Shown here one piece after another: positions 20,180 through 29,725 of a stretch of DNA of 64,000 bases. This DNA comes from an uncultured bacterium. GTDB lineage: Bacteria; Cyanobacteriota; Vampirovibrionia; Gastranaerophilales; Gastranaerophilaceae. The notes beneath the pieces were generated by a model, which was not told the origin of the DNA, ran no database searches, and saw only the letters and a program-made list of their open reading frames with translations. Every line of letters begins with the position of its first letter. The stretch's first letter is position 1. The translations under genes were made by a program, and so were the position numbers. Location of the stretch: contig CANAIK010000001.1 in the NCBI GenBank assembly GCA_947361225.1, positions 29,054-93,053 on the forward strand. Direction: 5' to 3'.

Positions 20180-21699
20180 ATAAACAACTAAAAATTTCAT
20201 TTATAGTTCTTTGTCTTTTATTGGCTGGTGTTGGATTGGCTGAAGAAGAACAACAAAAAGATTTAGACAAGGGAAAAACGATTTTTAAAAAGGAAAAACC
20301 CAAAAAAATCAAAGTGAAACCTCAAAAAAAACACTATGAAGTTTCAAAAAAAGTTAAAGAAGAATACAAAATTCCAACTGACACATATTATAACGTTGGA
20401 GAACCCTCGGATAAAGCGATTAAACTTGAAGGGGGAATTTCAAAATCCGTTGAGCTTAATTTAGCCGATTGTCTTGAACTTGCTTTAATTAATAACCCTA
20501 GAATTAAAGCGGCGTATTCTAAATCAGAGGCTGCAAAATATAGAAAATATGAAACACTATCAGGCTACACTCCGACTTTGGATTGGTCAAGTTCTCTCAA
20601 TCACAACATGCCCGATTTAAGTATGATTAAAGGTTTTAAAGCCTCATCTTTTAATAAGTATACACTTGGACAAATCGGAATTAAGCAGTTGGTGTGGGAT
20701 TTTGGATACACCCAGAATCAATACACAATTGATAAAATAGAACACGAAAAAACCAAAGCGGAAATTGATAAAACCGTTAATGAAGTTGTTTGTGCTGTTA
20801 AAGACGCTTATTATAATCTTCTTTTTGCACTTGATAAAAAGAAAGTGGCGCTTGAAACTCTTGATAATTATACAAAAATGTACAACCAAGCGTTAGCGTT
20901 TTGGGAAGTCGGTACAAAAACCAAGGTTGATGTATTATTCGCCCAAACTAACCTTCAAGAAGCCAGAGCTCAGCTAATTTCGGCTAAAAATAACGTCGAT
21001 ATTGCTTATTCTCAGCTAAACAACGCAATCGGACTTCCTTTTTGCGATCCTTATACAATTGATACCAGTTTAAGATATGAACCCGTTTCAATTACAATGA
21101 AACAAGCCGTTGAAATTGCAAATGAGCAGCGTCCTGATATGAAAGGAGCGATGCTTTCTATTGATCAAGCGAATCAAGCGGTAAAATTAGCTTGGAAAAC
21201 TTTTTTACCAAGTCTTGAAATCCAAGCCAATTACGCTAAAGGCGGTGTTGACAGCTGGACGGAAAGAAATTGGTATAATTATGGCGGATTCTTAACTTTC
21301 CCAACGGTTAACCCTGTTTTAATAAGAAATCAAATTAAAGAGGCAAAAGCTACTTATGAGCAGGTTCAACTTGAAACAAAAGCTCAAATAAATGATATTT
21401 ATTATGAAATTCAAAGTGTTTATACAAGATTAAAAGACGCAAAAGCAAGAATTCCCGTGGCAAAAGCCGCTCTTGATAAAGCGCAGGAAAACTATGAGCT
21501 AACCTCGGGACAATATCGAGTGGGCTATGGCGATGCGATTCAACTTAAAGATTCTCAAGTGGCACTTTCGAGTGCTAAGCTCAATTATTATCAAACAATT
21601 TTTGATTATAACAGCGCTAGAGCCAATCTTGAAAAATCAATCGGTCAAACATTACAGCCTGAATCAAGCGAAGTTATTGACAATTCAATCGAACTTTAG
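20176..21699 (+). CDS. Outer-membrane efflux protein (TolC family)
   Basis: 507 aa with a signal peptide and duplicated OEP-type repeats. 4-nt overlap with the pump gene. Confidence 0.85.
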   Translation: MNKQLKISFIVLCLLLAGVGLAEEEQQKDLDKGKTIFKKEKPKKIKVKPQKKHYEVSKKVKEEYKIPTDTYYNVGEPSDKAIKLEGGISKSVELNLADCLELALINNPRIKAAYSKSEAAKYRKYETLSGYTPTLDWSSSLNHNMPDLSMIKGFKASSFNKYTLGQIGIKQLVWDFGYTQNQYTIDKIEHEKTKAEIDKTVNEVVCAVKDAYYNLLFALDKKKVALETLDNYTKMYNQALAFWEVGTKTKVDVLFAQTNLQEARAQLISAKNNVDIAYSQLNNAIGLPFCDPYTIDTSLRYEPVSITMKQAVEIANEQRPDMKGAMLSIDQANQAVKLAWKTFLPSLEIQANYAKGGVDSWTERNWYNYGGFLTFPTVNPVLIRNQIKEAKATYEQVQLETKAQINDIYYEIQSVYTRLKDAKARIPVAKAALDKAQENYELTSGQYRVGYGDAIQLKDSQVALSSAKLNYYQTIFDYNSARANLEKSIGQTLQPESSEVIDNSIEL

Positions 21700-23213
21700 T
21701 TATCTCTTAGCTGCAAGGCTTGTGCGATATGAGTTATATTGATATCTTTTTTATCTTCTAAATCTGCAATTGTTCTTGAGACTTTTAACAATCTATCATA
21801 AGATCGAGCGGATAAGTTGAATTTATTAATCGCCTGTTTAAGGAAATTTTTCGTGTCGTCATCAATTTTGCAATACTTTTTGATTAATTTAGGGCTAAGT
21901 TCACTGTTGGTTAGAATCCCCTCGTTTTTATATCTTTCCAATTGAATTTCTCTTGCCCTAATTACTCTTTGTCTAATTTGAGAGGAGGATTCAACATTTG
22001 TGTTGTCATTTAGAAGTTCGTCTTCGTTTAATCTTTGAATTCTCAATTGAATATCGATTCTATCCAACAAGGGTCCTGAAAGACGGGATCGGTAGCGATT
22101 TATTTGAAACTCACTACACGTACAGGTTTTTTTTGAATCCCCAAAATTTCCGCAAGGACAAGGATTCATCGCCCCGATTAAAATAAAGTTAGCAGGATAA
22201 CAAACACTGACTGCAGCCCTTGAAATTGTTACTACGTTGTCTTCTAAGGGTTGTCTTAGTACTTCCAGCGTTGATCTTGGAAACTCAACCATTTCATCCA
22301 AGAATAAAACCCCTCTATGCGCTAAAGTGATATCACCGGGCTTTGGATTAGAACCCCCTCCGATAATTCCTGTGGGACTGGAACTATGATGGGGTGAGCG
22401 AAACGGTCTTTTTGTAATTAGAGGATTTTTTCTATCTAAAAGTCCTGCAATTGAATAAATTTTAGTAAGTTCTATTGCCTCAAGTTTATTTAAAGGCGGA
22501 AGAATTGAGACAAAAGCCTTTGCCAACAATGTTTTCCCGGATCCAGCAGACCCCGACATTAAAACATTATGAGCGCCGGCTGCCGCTATTTCAAGGGCTT
22601 TTTTTGCAGCGAGCTGTCCTTTAATATTGCTAAAATCAACATTAAAATCTTCTTTTTGATTTAAATAAGTTTCAATATTTTGTTTAATTTTTGTTAATTC
22701 AATATTATTATTCAAAAACTCAACAACTTCGGATAAATTCTTAGCTCCTAAAACCTCAATATCGTCAATAAAACTAGCCTCTTGCAAATTGTCAATCGGG
22801 ACAATGACTTTTTTAATTCCAAGACGGGATAAATCGCAAACAATCGGCAAAACTCCGTTTATCGGTCGAATTGACCCGTCTAATGACAACTCGCCCAGAA
22901 AAACCGTTGATTCGAAATCAAAATCTTTAATCAACCCTTCTTTAAGCAAGATTCCTATTGCCATTGCAAGGTCATAATTCGTTCCTTCTTTTTTTAAATC
23001 CGCAGGAGCAAGATTTATTACTACTTTTGTCGAAGGAAAAGAATATCCGGAATTCTTAATTGCAAGTCTCAATCTTTCTTTTGCCTCAGAAATTGCCGTA
23101 TCAGGTAAACCAATAATTAAAACCTGAGGAATTGAATTAATTGTATCTATTTCAATATTGATAGAATATACATTTAAACCAACAATTGCCGCACTTTTTG
23201 TGGTTATTACCAA
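21696..23213 (-). CDS. comM: Mg-chelatase-like AAA+ protein YifB/ComM
   Basis: 505 aa. N-terminal Lon-like domain, Walker A GSAGSGKT, GVLFLDE Walker B, C-terminal ARSYDRLLKVSRTIADL. Confidence 0.9.
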   Translation of the reverse strand: MVITTKSAAIVGLNVYSINIEIDTINSIPQVLIIGLPDTAISEAKERLRLAIKNSGYSFPSTKVVINLAPADLKKEGTNYDLAMAIGILLKEGLIKDFDFESTVFLGELSLDGSIRPINGVLPIVCDLSRLGIKKVIVPIDNLQEASFIDDIEVLGAKNLSEVVEFLNNNIELTKIKQNIETYLNQKEDFNVDFSNIKGQLAAKKALEIAAAGAHNVLMSGSAGSGKTLLAKAFVSILPPLNKLEAIELTKIYSIAGLLDRKNPLITKRPFRSPHHSSSPTGIIGGGSNPKPGDITLAHRGVLFLDEMVEFPRSTLEVLRQPLEDNVVTISRAAVSVCYPANFILIGAMNPCPCGNFGDSKKTCTCSEFQINRYRSRLSGPLLDRIDIQLRIQRLNEDELLNDNTNVESSSQIRQRVIRAREIQLERYKNEGILTNSELSPKLIKKYCKIDDDTKNFLKQAINKFNLSARSYDRLLKVSRTIADLEDKKDINITHIAQALQLRDN

Positions 23214-24833
23214 TTATATTTCCTCATTTAAGGTAGCAGGAATTAATTTTAACAATTTGACATTTGCAATTTCAAAATCGGGTTTTAAACTTATTGAAGT
23301 TCTAAAATTATGAACAGCCTCTTTTTTGTTGTTTAAAGCCTGGTTGTAAAGCCCTAAAAGATAGTAGTAATAATAGTTTCTCTCAAGTGTTATTGAGCTA
23401 TTATTAATTAAACTTTTTGCCGCAACATAATTTTTCCTCTTAAGATAAACCTTAGTCAACTCATCAATAGCTGGAGCATACATCGGGTTTTTCATAAGTG
23501 CTTTAAGCAGCAATTCTTCTTTTAGCTTGTCATTTTTTCTTGCAATTGTAATTGCACTTCGATAAAAGTCTAAATAAGCACTATTTGGCATTTTGTGAAT
23601 GTCAACTTCGAACTTTTCAAGTTCTTTAGCACTAATTGCCGATTTTTTCTGAGCCGTGTAAATTTTAATTGCAATTTCCGTGCTTTCTTTGTCTTTAAGC
23701 AGTGCTTTTTTGTACATTTTGATTGAATTTTTATAATCGCCGTTGAGATATTTTATATCCCCCAAACCAATTAATGTGTCAGGGTTTTTCTTGTTAATTT
23801 TATATGACGCAACGAAAGAATTATTCGCTTTATCGATATTTCCGAGCGCAAGTTCGGATTTAGCGTATAAAGTAAGAATTTTATCGTTTTTCTTATCAAA
23901 ATTCATTACATTAAGACAATCTTTTTTCGTTTTAGCATAATTTGCTTCAACATAGCTTTTGTTTAAAGAATAGAATTTTTTGTCTTTTTCTTTTTTTGCA
24001 AGTTTTAAATTAATAGATTGTCGAACAACTGCAATTTTTGGAGCATATACTATAATTGTCGGATTAGTCTCAAGTTTTTTAATTATATTAAGTGCTTCTT
24101 TGTATTTTTTAAGAGAAATAAGAATATCTATCTTAAAAGCCTCATAGCTTATGTTCTCAGGATTTAAATTGATTGCTTTGTTTATGTAATTAAGAGCGTT
24201 TTTGTATTCTTTATGCTCGTAATAAGCTCTTGACAGGGTGTAGAAATAATAGTCATTATTTTTGTGATAACGCCCTTTTTTGCTTTTAATTTCCTGGATT
24301 GCCTCTTGAGCACTTGCATTAAAATAAATATTAGAATAACTTTTCGCAAAGAAAATCTCATCTTCCTTGTTAAGTTGAGCTTTCGGGCTGTAACTTTTTT
24401 CAAGATCGGATAGAATATCTTCATAATTAATTTTTTGGGTAATTTTTCCCTGCGCTTGTTTTGCCAGCGAAAAGAAACCAATTTCATAGAAAACTCGACT
24501 TAAAGAAATTAGAGCTTTATCGTCATTTGTATTTTTTATTATGCTGTTATAGTCCAAATAAGCCCCTGCTGCGTTTCCTTGGTTGAATTTTGACGTTGCG
24601 CTAACAAAAGCTGCTCTTGTTTTTGAACTTTCATCTATTTCTTCTATTTTGCCTTCTGAATTTAAAATCCCATCAACAATATTAGATAAATTAAAAACAT
24701 TTGGGTCCCCTGTTGCTTTAAGTTCTACCGGGGGAGTTACTTTTTTAATGGGTTCAAGTTTAATTTCCGAATTAGCGAAAACAGGACAAATTAAGATAAA
24801 AGATAATGATAATGATAGTACAAATCTGTTCAT
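23214..24833 (-). CDS. Secreted TPR-repeat protein
   Basis: 539 aa with a signal peptide and repeated TPR-like units. Packed between the HD-GYP gene and comM, so probably one operon. Confidence 0.7.
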   Translation of the reverse strand: MNRFVLSLSLSFILICPVFANSEIKLEPIKKVTPPVELKATGDPNVFNLSNIVDGILNSEGKIEEIDESSKTRAAFVSATSKFNQGNAAGAYLDYNSIIKNTNDDKALISLSRVFYEIGFFSLAKQAQGKITQKINYEDILSDLEKSYSPKAQLNKEDEIFFAKSYSNIYFNASAQEAIQEIKSKKGRYHKNNDYYFYTLSRAYYEHKEYKNALNYINKAINLNPENISYEAFKIDILISLKKYKEALNIIKKLETNPTIIVYAPKIAVVRQSINLKLAKKEKDKKFYSLNKSYVEANYAKTKKDCLNVMNFDKKNDKILTLYAKSELALGNIDKANNSFVASYKINKKNPDTLIGLGDIKYLNGDYKNSIKMYKKALLKDKESTEIAIKIYTAQKKSAISAKELEKFEVDIHKMPNSAYLDFYRSAITIARKNDKLKEELLLKALMKNPMYAPAIDELTKVYLKRKNYVAAKSLINNSSITLERNYYYYYLLGLYNQALNNKKEAVHNFRTSISLKPDFEIANVKLLKLIPATLNEEI

Positions 24834-24837
24834 TTCG

Positions 24838-26580
24838 TCATTCCGATCCTTTATAGTACTTGTCGAATACGCTTTTTAGTTTTAGTACGCGTTTAGATAA
24901 ACATTCCTTATTATATAGAATACCATAAATTGTTTCTAATTTAAACTCCTTTAGTAAAAATTCGTCACTTTTCGAAACATTTAACATATTATCGCACATA
25001 ATTGCAAGAATGTCAAAACAGGATAAATTCATAAAAATTTCGACTAATTTCTCGTCAAAATGCGTGTTTGCGCCTTCTTTTATTATTTTTAGCGCATCAA
25101 TAATATCCATTTTATTTCTGTAGTGTCTTTTAGAAGTAATTGCGTCAAAAACGTCACAAATGGCTAAAATTCGCCCGCCCAAAGGAATTTCTTCTCCTTT
25201 TAATCCTTTATAATAACCCGATCCATCGAATTTTTCGTGATGAGAGCTGGCTATTAGCGCAACGTCTTTAAAATCTTTTGAAATATAAACATTCTTTAAG
25301 ATATCGTGGGTAAAAATAACGTGTTGTTTAATATGTTCATATTCTTGAGGGCTCAATTTTCCTTCTTTTTGTAAAACCGAATCTTTGATTCCGATTTTTC
25401 CGATATCGTGCAACAAAGAGGCATTTTTTATAATTTCTTTCTCATTATTTGTCATATTGCACTTATCGCAAATTAAACAAGCATAACCTGTCACTCTTTT
25501 GGAATGACCCGAAGTAATTTTGTCTCGAGCGTCGATTGAGGCTGAAAGGGTGTTAATAAAGCTTGAGAACAGCTTTTTTTGTTCCTCGATTAATTTTTTT
25601 TGTTCGTTAAATAAATTTGCGTTTTCAAGCGCAATTCCTGCGCTTGCGCCAATTGCAATCAAGAGTTCTTCGTCTTTTTTTGTAAAATCCCCTTCAAATT
25701 TATTAAGAACCTGAAAAACCCCGAGGATTTGATGCGTCAAGTTCCTTATTGGCATACAAAGGATATTTTTTGTCTTATATCCTGTTTTAAGGTCGATTTC
25801 TTTGTTAAAATAAAGATTCTCATAAGCGTTTTTGATATTGACAGTTTCCCCCGTTTTTAGGACGTGTCCTGCTAAACCTTTGTCAATGCTGAATCTTATT
25901 TCTTCTTTTTCCAAACCAAGCGCAACTTTGCTCCAGAGTTCTTTTTTTTCTTTATCATATAAAAAAACAGTGCATCTATCTGCCCCGAGTGCGTTTTGGA
26001 TTTGTTGGGCGATTGTTTGCAACAAAGTATCGATATTGGTTTCAACCGCAATTGATTTACCGACCTCTAAAAGCGCTAAAAGCGCCTCGTCTTTGATTTG
26101 GGATTTTATATAAGAAGAATTGTACCCATATTTTTTTGGATTTAACAACTCAACTTTTTGTTTGTAATTAAGAATTTCTTTATCATATTCATTATCGGGA
26201 ATTTTGATTAAATAACTTGCTTTTAATAAATCAACTGCGTTATCGATGTTTTTTTCCAAGAATTCAATTATAGCGGAGCAAAAAAAGTTAATTTTTTGCG
26301 CTAACAAATTATTCGATGAATTGGCAAGATATCTTGAGTCGTTTAAAAGGTTTAAAGTCTGGTAATAACTGGCTTTTTGACGATAATTGTTAAGCGCCAG
26401 ATAAGACATTAGAACTGAAACTTGAGAAAAGTTTTTACCCGCAATTGCTCGTTTGTGAAACTCCTTTAGTTTTTTGTGATTGAGAAGTTTATCCTTAGTA
26501 ACAAAGTTAAAAAACGAGTTTTTGTTAAATTCCTCAATTTCAGCGTAATCGTTTGAATTTTTTTTCATTAACAAAGACAT
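24838..26580 (-). CDS. GAF domain / HD-GYP-like phosphodiesterase
   Basis: 580 aa. Central GAF-like region, then the HD motif LLHDIGKIGI and HHEKFDGSGYYKGL ... ICDVFDAITSKRHYR, typical of HD-GYP c-di-GMP phosphodiesterases. Confidence 0.85.
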   Translation of the reverse strand: MSLLMKKNSNDYAEIEEFNKNSFFNFVTKDKLLNHKKLKEFHKRAIAGKNFSQVSVLMSYLALNNYRQKASYYQTLNLLNDSRYLANSSNNLLAQKINFFCSAIIEFLEKNIDNAVDLLKASYLIKIPDNEYDKEILNYKQKVELLNPKKYGYNSSYIKSQIKDEALLALLEVGKSIAVETNIDTLLQTIAQQIQNALGADRCTVFLYDKEKKELWSKVALGLEKEEIRFSIDKGLAGHVLKTGETVNIKNAYENLYFNKEIDLKTGYKTKNILCMPIRNLTHQILGVFQVLNKFEGDFTKKDEELLIAIGASAGIALENANLFNEQKKLIEEQKKLFSSFINTLSASIDARDKITSGHSKRVTGYACLICDKCNMTNNEKEIIKNASLLHDIGKIGIKDSVLQKEGKLSPQEYEHIKQHVIFTHDILKNVYISKDFKDVALIASSHHEKFDGSGYYKGLKGEEIPLGGRILAICDVFDAITSKRHYRNKMDIIDALKIIKEGANTHFDEKLVEIFMNLSCFDILAIMCDNMLNVSKSDEFLLKEFKLETIYGILYNKECLSKRVLKLKSVFDKYYKGSE

Positions 26581-26586
26581 AACTAT

Positions 26587-26615
26587 ATTTTAGTTTTTTA
26601 ATATGGTATTGTCAA
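26587..26615 (-). promoter_or_regulatory. Near-consensus promoter placed for a leaderless GAF/HD-GYP transcript
   Basis: On the minus strand, TTGACA (26615-26610), 17-nt spacer, TAAAAT (26592-26587), then 6 nt (ATAGTT) and the ATG at 26580. Confidence 0.45.
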
Positions 26616-26741
26616 TAAAAAGTGCTTAAACCGGGGTGAAATTGAAATTATTTAATGTTGTTAGTTAGTTTTTTATTACTTATTTCCATATTCTTTACCT
26701 CCCTTGATGCTTATTTCCCTTTAAACACTTTGATTTGTTCA

Positions 26742-26790
26742 TTTTTCTTGTTCCTGTGGAAATTTTTAATTTCCACAGGAACAAGAAAAA
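26742..26790. repeat. 49-bp perfect palindrome (21-bp arms, 7-nt centre)
   Basis: TTTTTCTTGTTCCTGTGGAAA (26742-26762) is the exact reverse complement of TTTCCACAGGAACAAGAAAAA (26770-26790). T-run lies 5' and A-run 3' on both strands, so it is not a canonical intrinsic terminator. Confidence 0.9.
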
Positions 26791-26882
26791 CAGAACCAAA
26801 AAGAAAAGAAACGGGAGTCTGGGTTTTAAGGTTGAAAGCCTTGTTTCTACCTCAGACAGAAACGTGAGGTAAAGTGAAGTTG

Positions 26883-28019
26883 CTAGAATAAAAATTGTGT
26901 TCCTACGATAAGTTTGTGGGAGTCCGGTTTTGCTTGATTTTGACAAAAAACGTAATTGAGAATGAGTCTTGCGCATTGACCCAGTATATAATAATTAACT
27001 CCGACGCTGTATTCTTTTTGATTGTTATGTCCTATATTCTTATCAGGATCAAAATCATCGAATCGAATCAAAGTTTCAAGTTTTTTCGTCAAATGATACC
27101 CTAAAGTAACATTGTAGCCCATTCTTTTTTTATCCGTTAAACCGCTTGCGCCATTGGAGCCGTCGGCGTTTTGAAATTCGGTTCTTAACCAAAATTTCTT
27201 ATAGTTATAAGAAATCGCAGCACTTGTAACCAAAAAATCGGTGGAATTTCTGTTCCCCGCTGCAATTCCCCCTCCAATATTCAAATTTCCCAGTTTTTCT
27301 TTGTGTTTTGAGAATGGTTTTACACCTACCCACAAATCCGATTCAACGCCCGGAAAAAACTCGCTGTACCAGGTATCTGAACTATATCCCCCGATATCAT
27401 AATCAAGATATTTGTAATCTCCCTTTAAACGAATTCCTGTTTTTCTAATATTGCCAAAATTTCTGGCAGTTTGTGTTCGATTAATAAAAGGAAGGGTGTA
27501 GGGCGATTGACCGCCTTCAACTCCGACATTAGGGCGGGAGGTTCCAAACATTAAAGTGTTATTGGGGATTCGATTAGTTTCAATCCAAGCGTCCAAAACG
27601 GCTCTATGGAAAAAATTATCGTGAAGAGGTGTAACATCGAATAAAGTATTAAAACCCTCTTTTTCGGACCTAAATTTTCCCTTAAAACCAATATTAATTA
27701 AAGAAGGATTATACTTAAAATTCGAGTCGTCACTAAAAGTTTGAGAAAAATTTCCCTGCAAACTAACTTGGGATCCGATTTCTTTTATCGGACCTTTTTC
27801 AAACCTTAACTTAAGCTGGTCTTGAAACATCCCTGAAGGAGAATTCAAATTATAATCTTTTTCAATAATTCCCCTTAAAGCCTCCTTGGAATAAGGACTT
27901 GGAGTCTCAAGCAAAATCGGTTTTTCCTCTTCTTCTATAGCAAGGACATTCAAGTGGGAAAAAATTATTAAAAAAAGCGCTATTATTATAGCGCTTTTAG
28001 TTTTGATTTTTGTGGTCAT
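26883..28019 (-). CDS. Outer-membrane beta-barrel porin (possibly OprO/P-like anion porin)
   Basis: 378 aa with a signal peptide, alternating beta-strand pattern and a C-terminal F (QFLF). Family assignment tentative. Confidence 0.55.
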   Translation of the reverse strand: MTTKIKTKSAIIIALFLIIFSHLNVLAIEEEEKPILLETPSPYSKEALRGIIEKDYNLNSPSGMFQDQLKLRFEKGPIKEIGSQVSLQGNFSQTFSDDSNFKYNPSLINIGFKGKFRSEKEGFNTLFDVTPLHDNFFHRAVLDAWIETNRIPNNTLMFGTSRPNVGVEGGQSPYTLPFINRTQTARNFGNIRKTGIRLKGDYKYLDYDIGGYSSDTWYSEFFPGVESDLWVGVKPFSKHKEKLGNLNIGGGIAAGNRNSTDFLVTSAAISYNYKKFWLRTEFQNADGSNGASGLTDKKRMGYNVTLGYHLTKKLETLIRFDDFDPDKNIGHNNQKEYSVGVNYYILGQCARLILNYVFCQNQAKPDSHKLIVGTQFLF

Positions 28020-28881
28020 CTTTTAGGTAAGCCATCCAGAACAACAATACGACAAAAACAAGTGCACCTACAATATTCCCTAAAGTTACAGGAATAAGGT
28101 TGTGTATAAAGAAACCTTTCCAGCTTAGAATTGAAAGCTGTTCAAGGGAAAACCCGCTCGCCCCGACAACGGAAGGAATTTGTTTTAATAGGATTCCGTT
28201 AGGAATAAAGAACATATTAGCAACACTATGTTCATATCCTGAGGCAACGAATGTCATAATTGGGAAGAATATTGCAAAAATTTTCCCGATAACGGTTCTT
28301 GAACTGCTTGCCATCCAGACAGCAAGACAAACTAGCCAGTTACACAGAATTCCTCTTGTAAAAGCTTCTAAAAACGATAAAGAAACTTTGGAATAAGCCG
28401 TGTTTATTGCAATTGCACCTAGCGCATCGTGATTATTGTGGGAGGCGCCTGAATAAAAAACCAAAAATGCAAGAAGAATCGAACCTACAAAGTTACCTAA
28501 ATAAACAATTGTCCAGCTTCGAAAAAGTTGAGTTAGAGTAATTTTCTTTTCCAGGACCGAAAACATCATCATAACATTCCCTGTAAAAAGTTCCGCTCCT
28601 GTTAAAACTACCATCATAAGTCCTGTTGCAAAAACCATTGCTCCGATTAGTTTAGCTAAACCCCAGCTTAAATTCTCGGCCGTTCCTGTCATAACAGTTA
28701 AACTTACCTGTGCTCCATAAGCGATAAAGGCTCCGGCTGCAATTGCCAGGATAAACATTTTGGATTTTCGATATTTTGCTTTTTTTGGCATAACATTATC
28801 TGAAAACCCTTGTGCCACTTCGTTTGGAGCAAGACAATCCTGCGTATCTAGAATTTCTTGTGTCATTTTTTTATTCCTCAT
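27997..28881 (-). CDS. Formate/nitrite transporter family channel (FocA/NirC-like)
   Basis: 294 aa with 6 TM segments. LTGAELFTGN and GYEHSVANMF are the FNT signatures. Overlaps the porin gene by 23 nt. Confidence 0.9.
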   Translation of the reverse strand: MRNKKMTQEILDTQDCLAPNEVAQGFSDNVMPKKAKYRKSKMFILAIAAGAFIAYGAQVSLTVMTGTAENLSWGLAKLIGAMVFATGLMMVVLTGAELFTGNVMMMFSVLEKKITLTQLFRSWTIVYLGNFVGSILLAFLVFYSGASHNNHDALGAIAINTAYSKVSLSFLEAFTRGILCNWLVCLAVWMASSSRTVIGKIFAIFFPIMTFVASGYEHSVANMFFIPNGILLKQIPSVVGASGFSLEQLSILSWKGFFIHNLIPVTLGNIVGALVFVVLLFWMAYLKDDHKNQN

Positions 28882-28924
28882 TATTTGTCATAGCAAAAAA
28901 AATTGTAATCCTTTAACATAATTT

Positions 28925-28953
28925 TTCAAGTAGTATTTTTATGTTATTATAAG
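28925..28953 (+). promoter_or_regulatory. Putative promoter for the riboswitch-like leader
   Basis: TTCAAG (28925-28930), 17-nt spacer, TATAAG (28948-28953). Confidence 0.4.
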
Positions 28954-28966
28954 AAAAAAAATATTT

Positions 28967-29045
28967 GCAGGAAATTTTAGGTGAAAATCCTAGAGCCGGG
29001 ACCGCGGCCGTGATGCTAATTAAAAAAGCAAAGCCGGAATACTGT
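28967..29045 (+). promoter_or_regulatory. Candidate compact cobalamin riboswitch aptamer
   Basis: GCAGGAAAUUUUAGGUGAAAAUCCUAGAGCCGGGACCGCGGCCGUGAUGC...GCAAAGCCGGAAUACUG. Blocks resemble the cobalamin core (AGGGAA, GGUGnnAAnUCC, GCnGnnCCCGC, ..CUGU.., AGYCAGGAnnACCUG) in the correct order. Matched by eye only. Confidence 0.45.
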
Positions 29046-29051
29046 TTATTT

Positions 29052-29084
29052 GTTACTTTTGCGGATTTTTCCGAAAGTAACTTT
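29052..29084 (+). terminator. Hairpin plus short U-run (possible riboswitch expression platform)
   Basis: GTTACTTT (29052-29059) pairs with AAAGTAAC (29074-29081), with an inner CGG/CCG stem, followed by TTT. The U-tract is weak. Confidence 0.4.
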
Positions 29085-29116
29085 AGTTGTATTATCGTGG
29101 TCTTGTAGAAAAAATT

Positions 29117-29725
29117 ATGAGCACGATAAATATTCAACCACAACAAAATATTAACAAATGCCCCCACGGTTTCCCCGTTGGGTCTTGTCCTATTTGTAAC
29201 GGTGCGGGCGGCGGAGTCTCAAGAGACAAAAACAAACCAAGAGTTAAAGGGGAAATGAGCTACAACGAATGTCTTGCTGTTTGGAGGAAGATGCAGGCTC
29301 AAAAACAAGAAAAATTGAACCAAAAAGAAGAATTATTCCAACGAGCACTTGACAAATTAATTAAGAATCGAGAATTATTTACACCAACTAAAATCCTAGA
29401 TAAAATTATAGAACCATTGCCAAAAATCCTTAAAAATCCTGTAAAAGTAGTTCTTTTGCCGATAATTATTCCGGTTATCAAAATTCCTGTTGTTATAAAG
29501 GCAGCTCAAGTGGTTTTTATTAATATTACAAATTTTATTTCAACAATAACTGAAAAACTCTCAAGTTTAATCGGAGAAGGGAAAAATTTTATTAAAGGAT
29601 TCTTTGATAAGAATAAAATAAAGAAAAAAATTAAAATCCTCCTATCTTTATTTGTTGAGGAAAAAGTGCAAGAAGTAGAAAAAGAAGAAACGGATAAAAA
29701 TGATAAAAATACAACCGAATATTAA
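29117..29725 (+). CDS. Hypothetical protein with N-terminal Cys cluster and hydrophobic segment
   Basis: Start moved to MSTINIQ. Has the CPHGFPVGSCPICNG motif, the hydrophobic stretch VVLLPIIIPVIKIPVVI and a Lys/Glu-rich tail. Confidence 0.55.
   Translation: MSTINIQPQQNINKCPHGFPVGSCPICNGAGGGVSRDKNKPRVKGEMSYNECLAVWRKMQAQKQEKLNQKEELFQRALDKLIKNRELFTPTKILDKIIEPLPKILKNPVKVVLLPIIIPVIKIPVVIKAAQVVFINITNFISTITEKLSSLIGEGKNFIKGFFDKNKIKKKIKILLSLFVEEKVQEVEKEETDKNDKNTTEY

Noticed and set aside
16768-20312. Short ORFs inside or antisense to the RND pump genes (16768-17007, 18345-18593, 19446-19664, 19810-20061, 19974-20312), and likewise 20644-20889 and 21527-21742
   Set aside because: They are embedded in strongly supported long CDSs and have no motifs or plausible start signals.
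26655-26976. ORFs 26655-26867 (+) and 26695-26976 (-)
   Set aside because: Both read through the 49-bp palindrome and mirror each other. The second also overlaps the porin 3' end. They are not credible genes.
28967-29045. Other RNA classes for this element (SRP RNA, c-di-GMP-I, ZTP/pfl, fluoride, guanidine-I, Moco)
   Set aside because: I compared it by eye with the remembered consensus sequences. The key invariant blocks are absent (for example GGAAGCAGCC of SRP and CCGCCUGGGC of ZTP). Only the cobalamin core blocks line up in order. The minus-strand reading (focA leader) matched nothing.
28913-29167. 84-aa minus-strand ORF
   Set aside because: It spans the divergent promoter region and the riboswitch-like structured element and has no RBS. 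The structured-RNA interpretation fits better.
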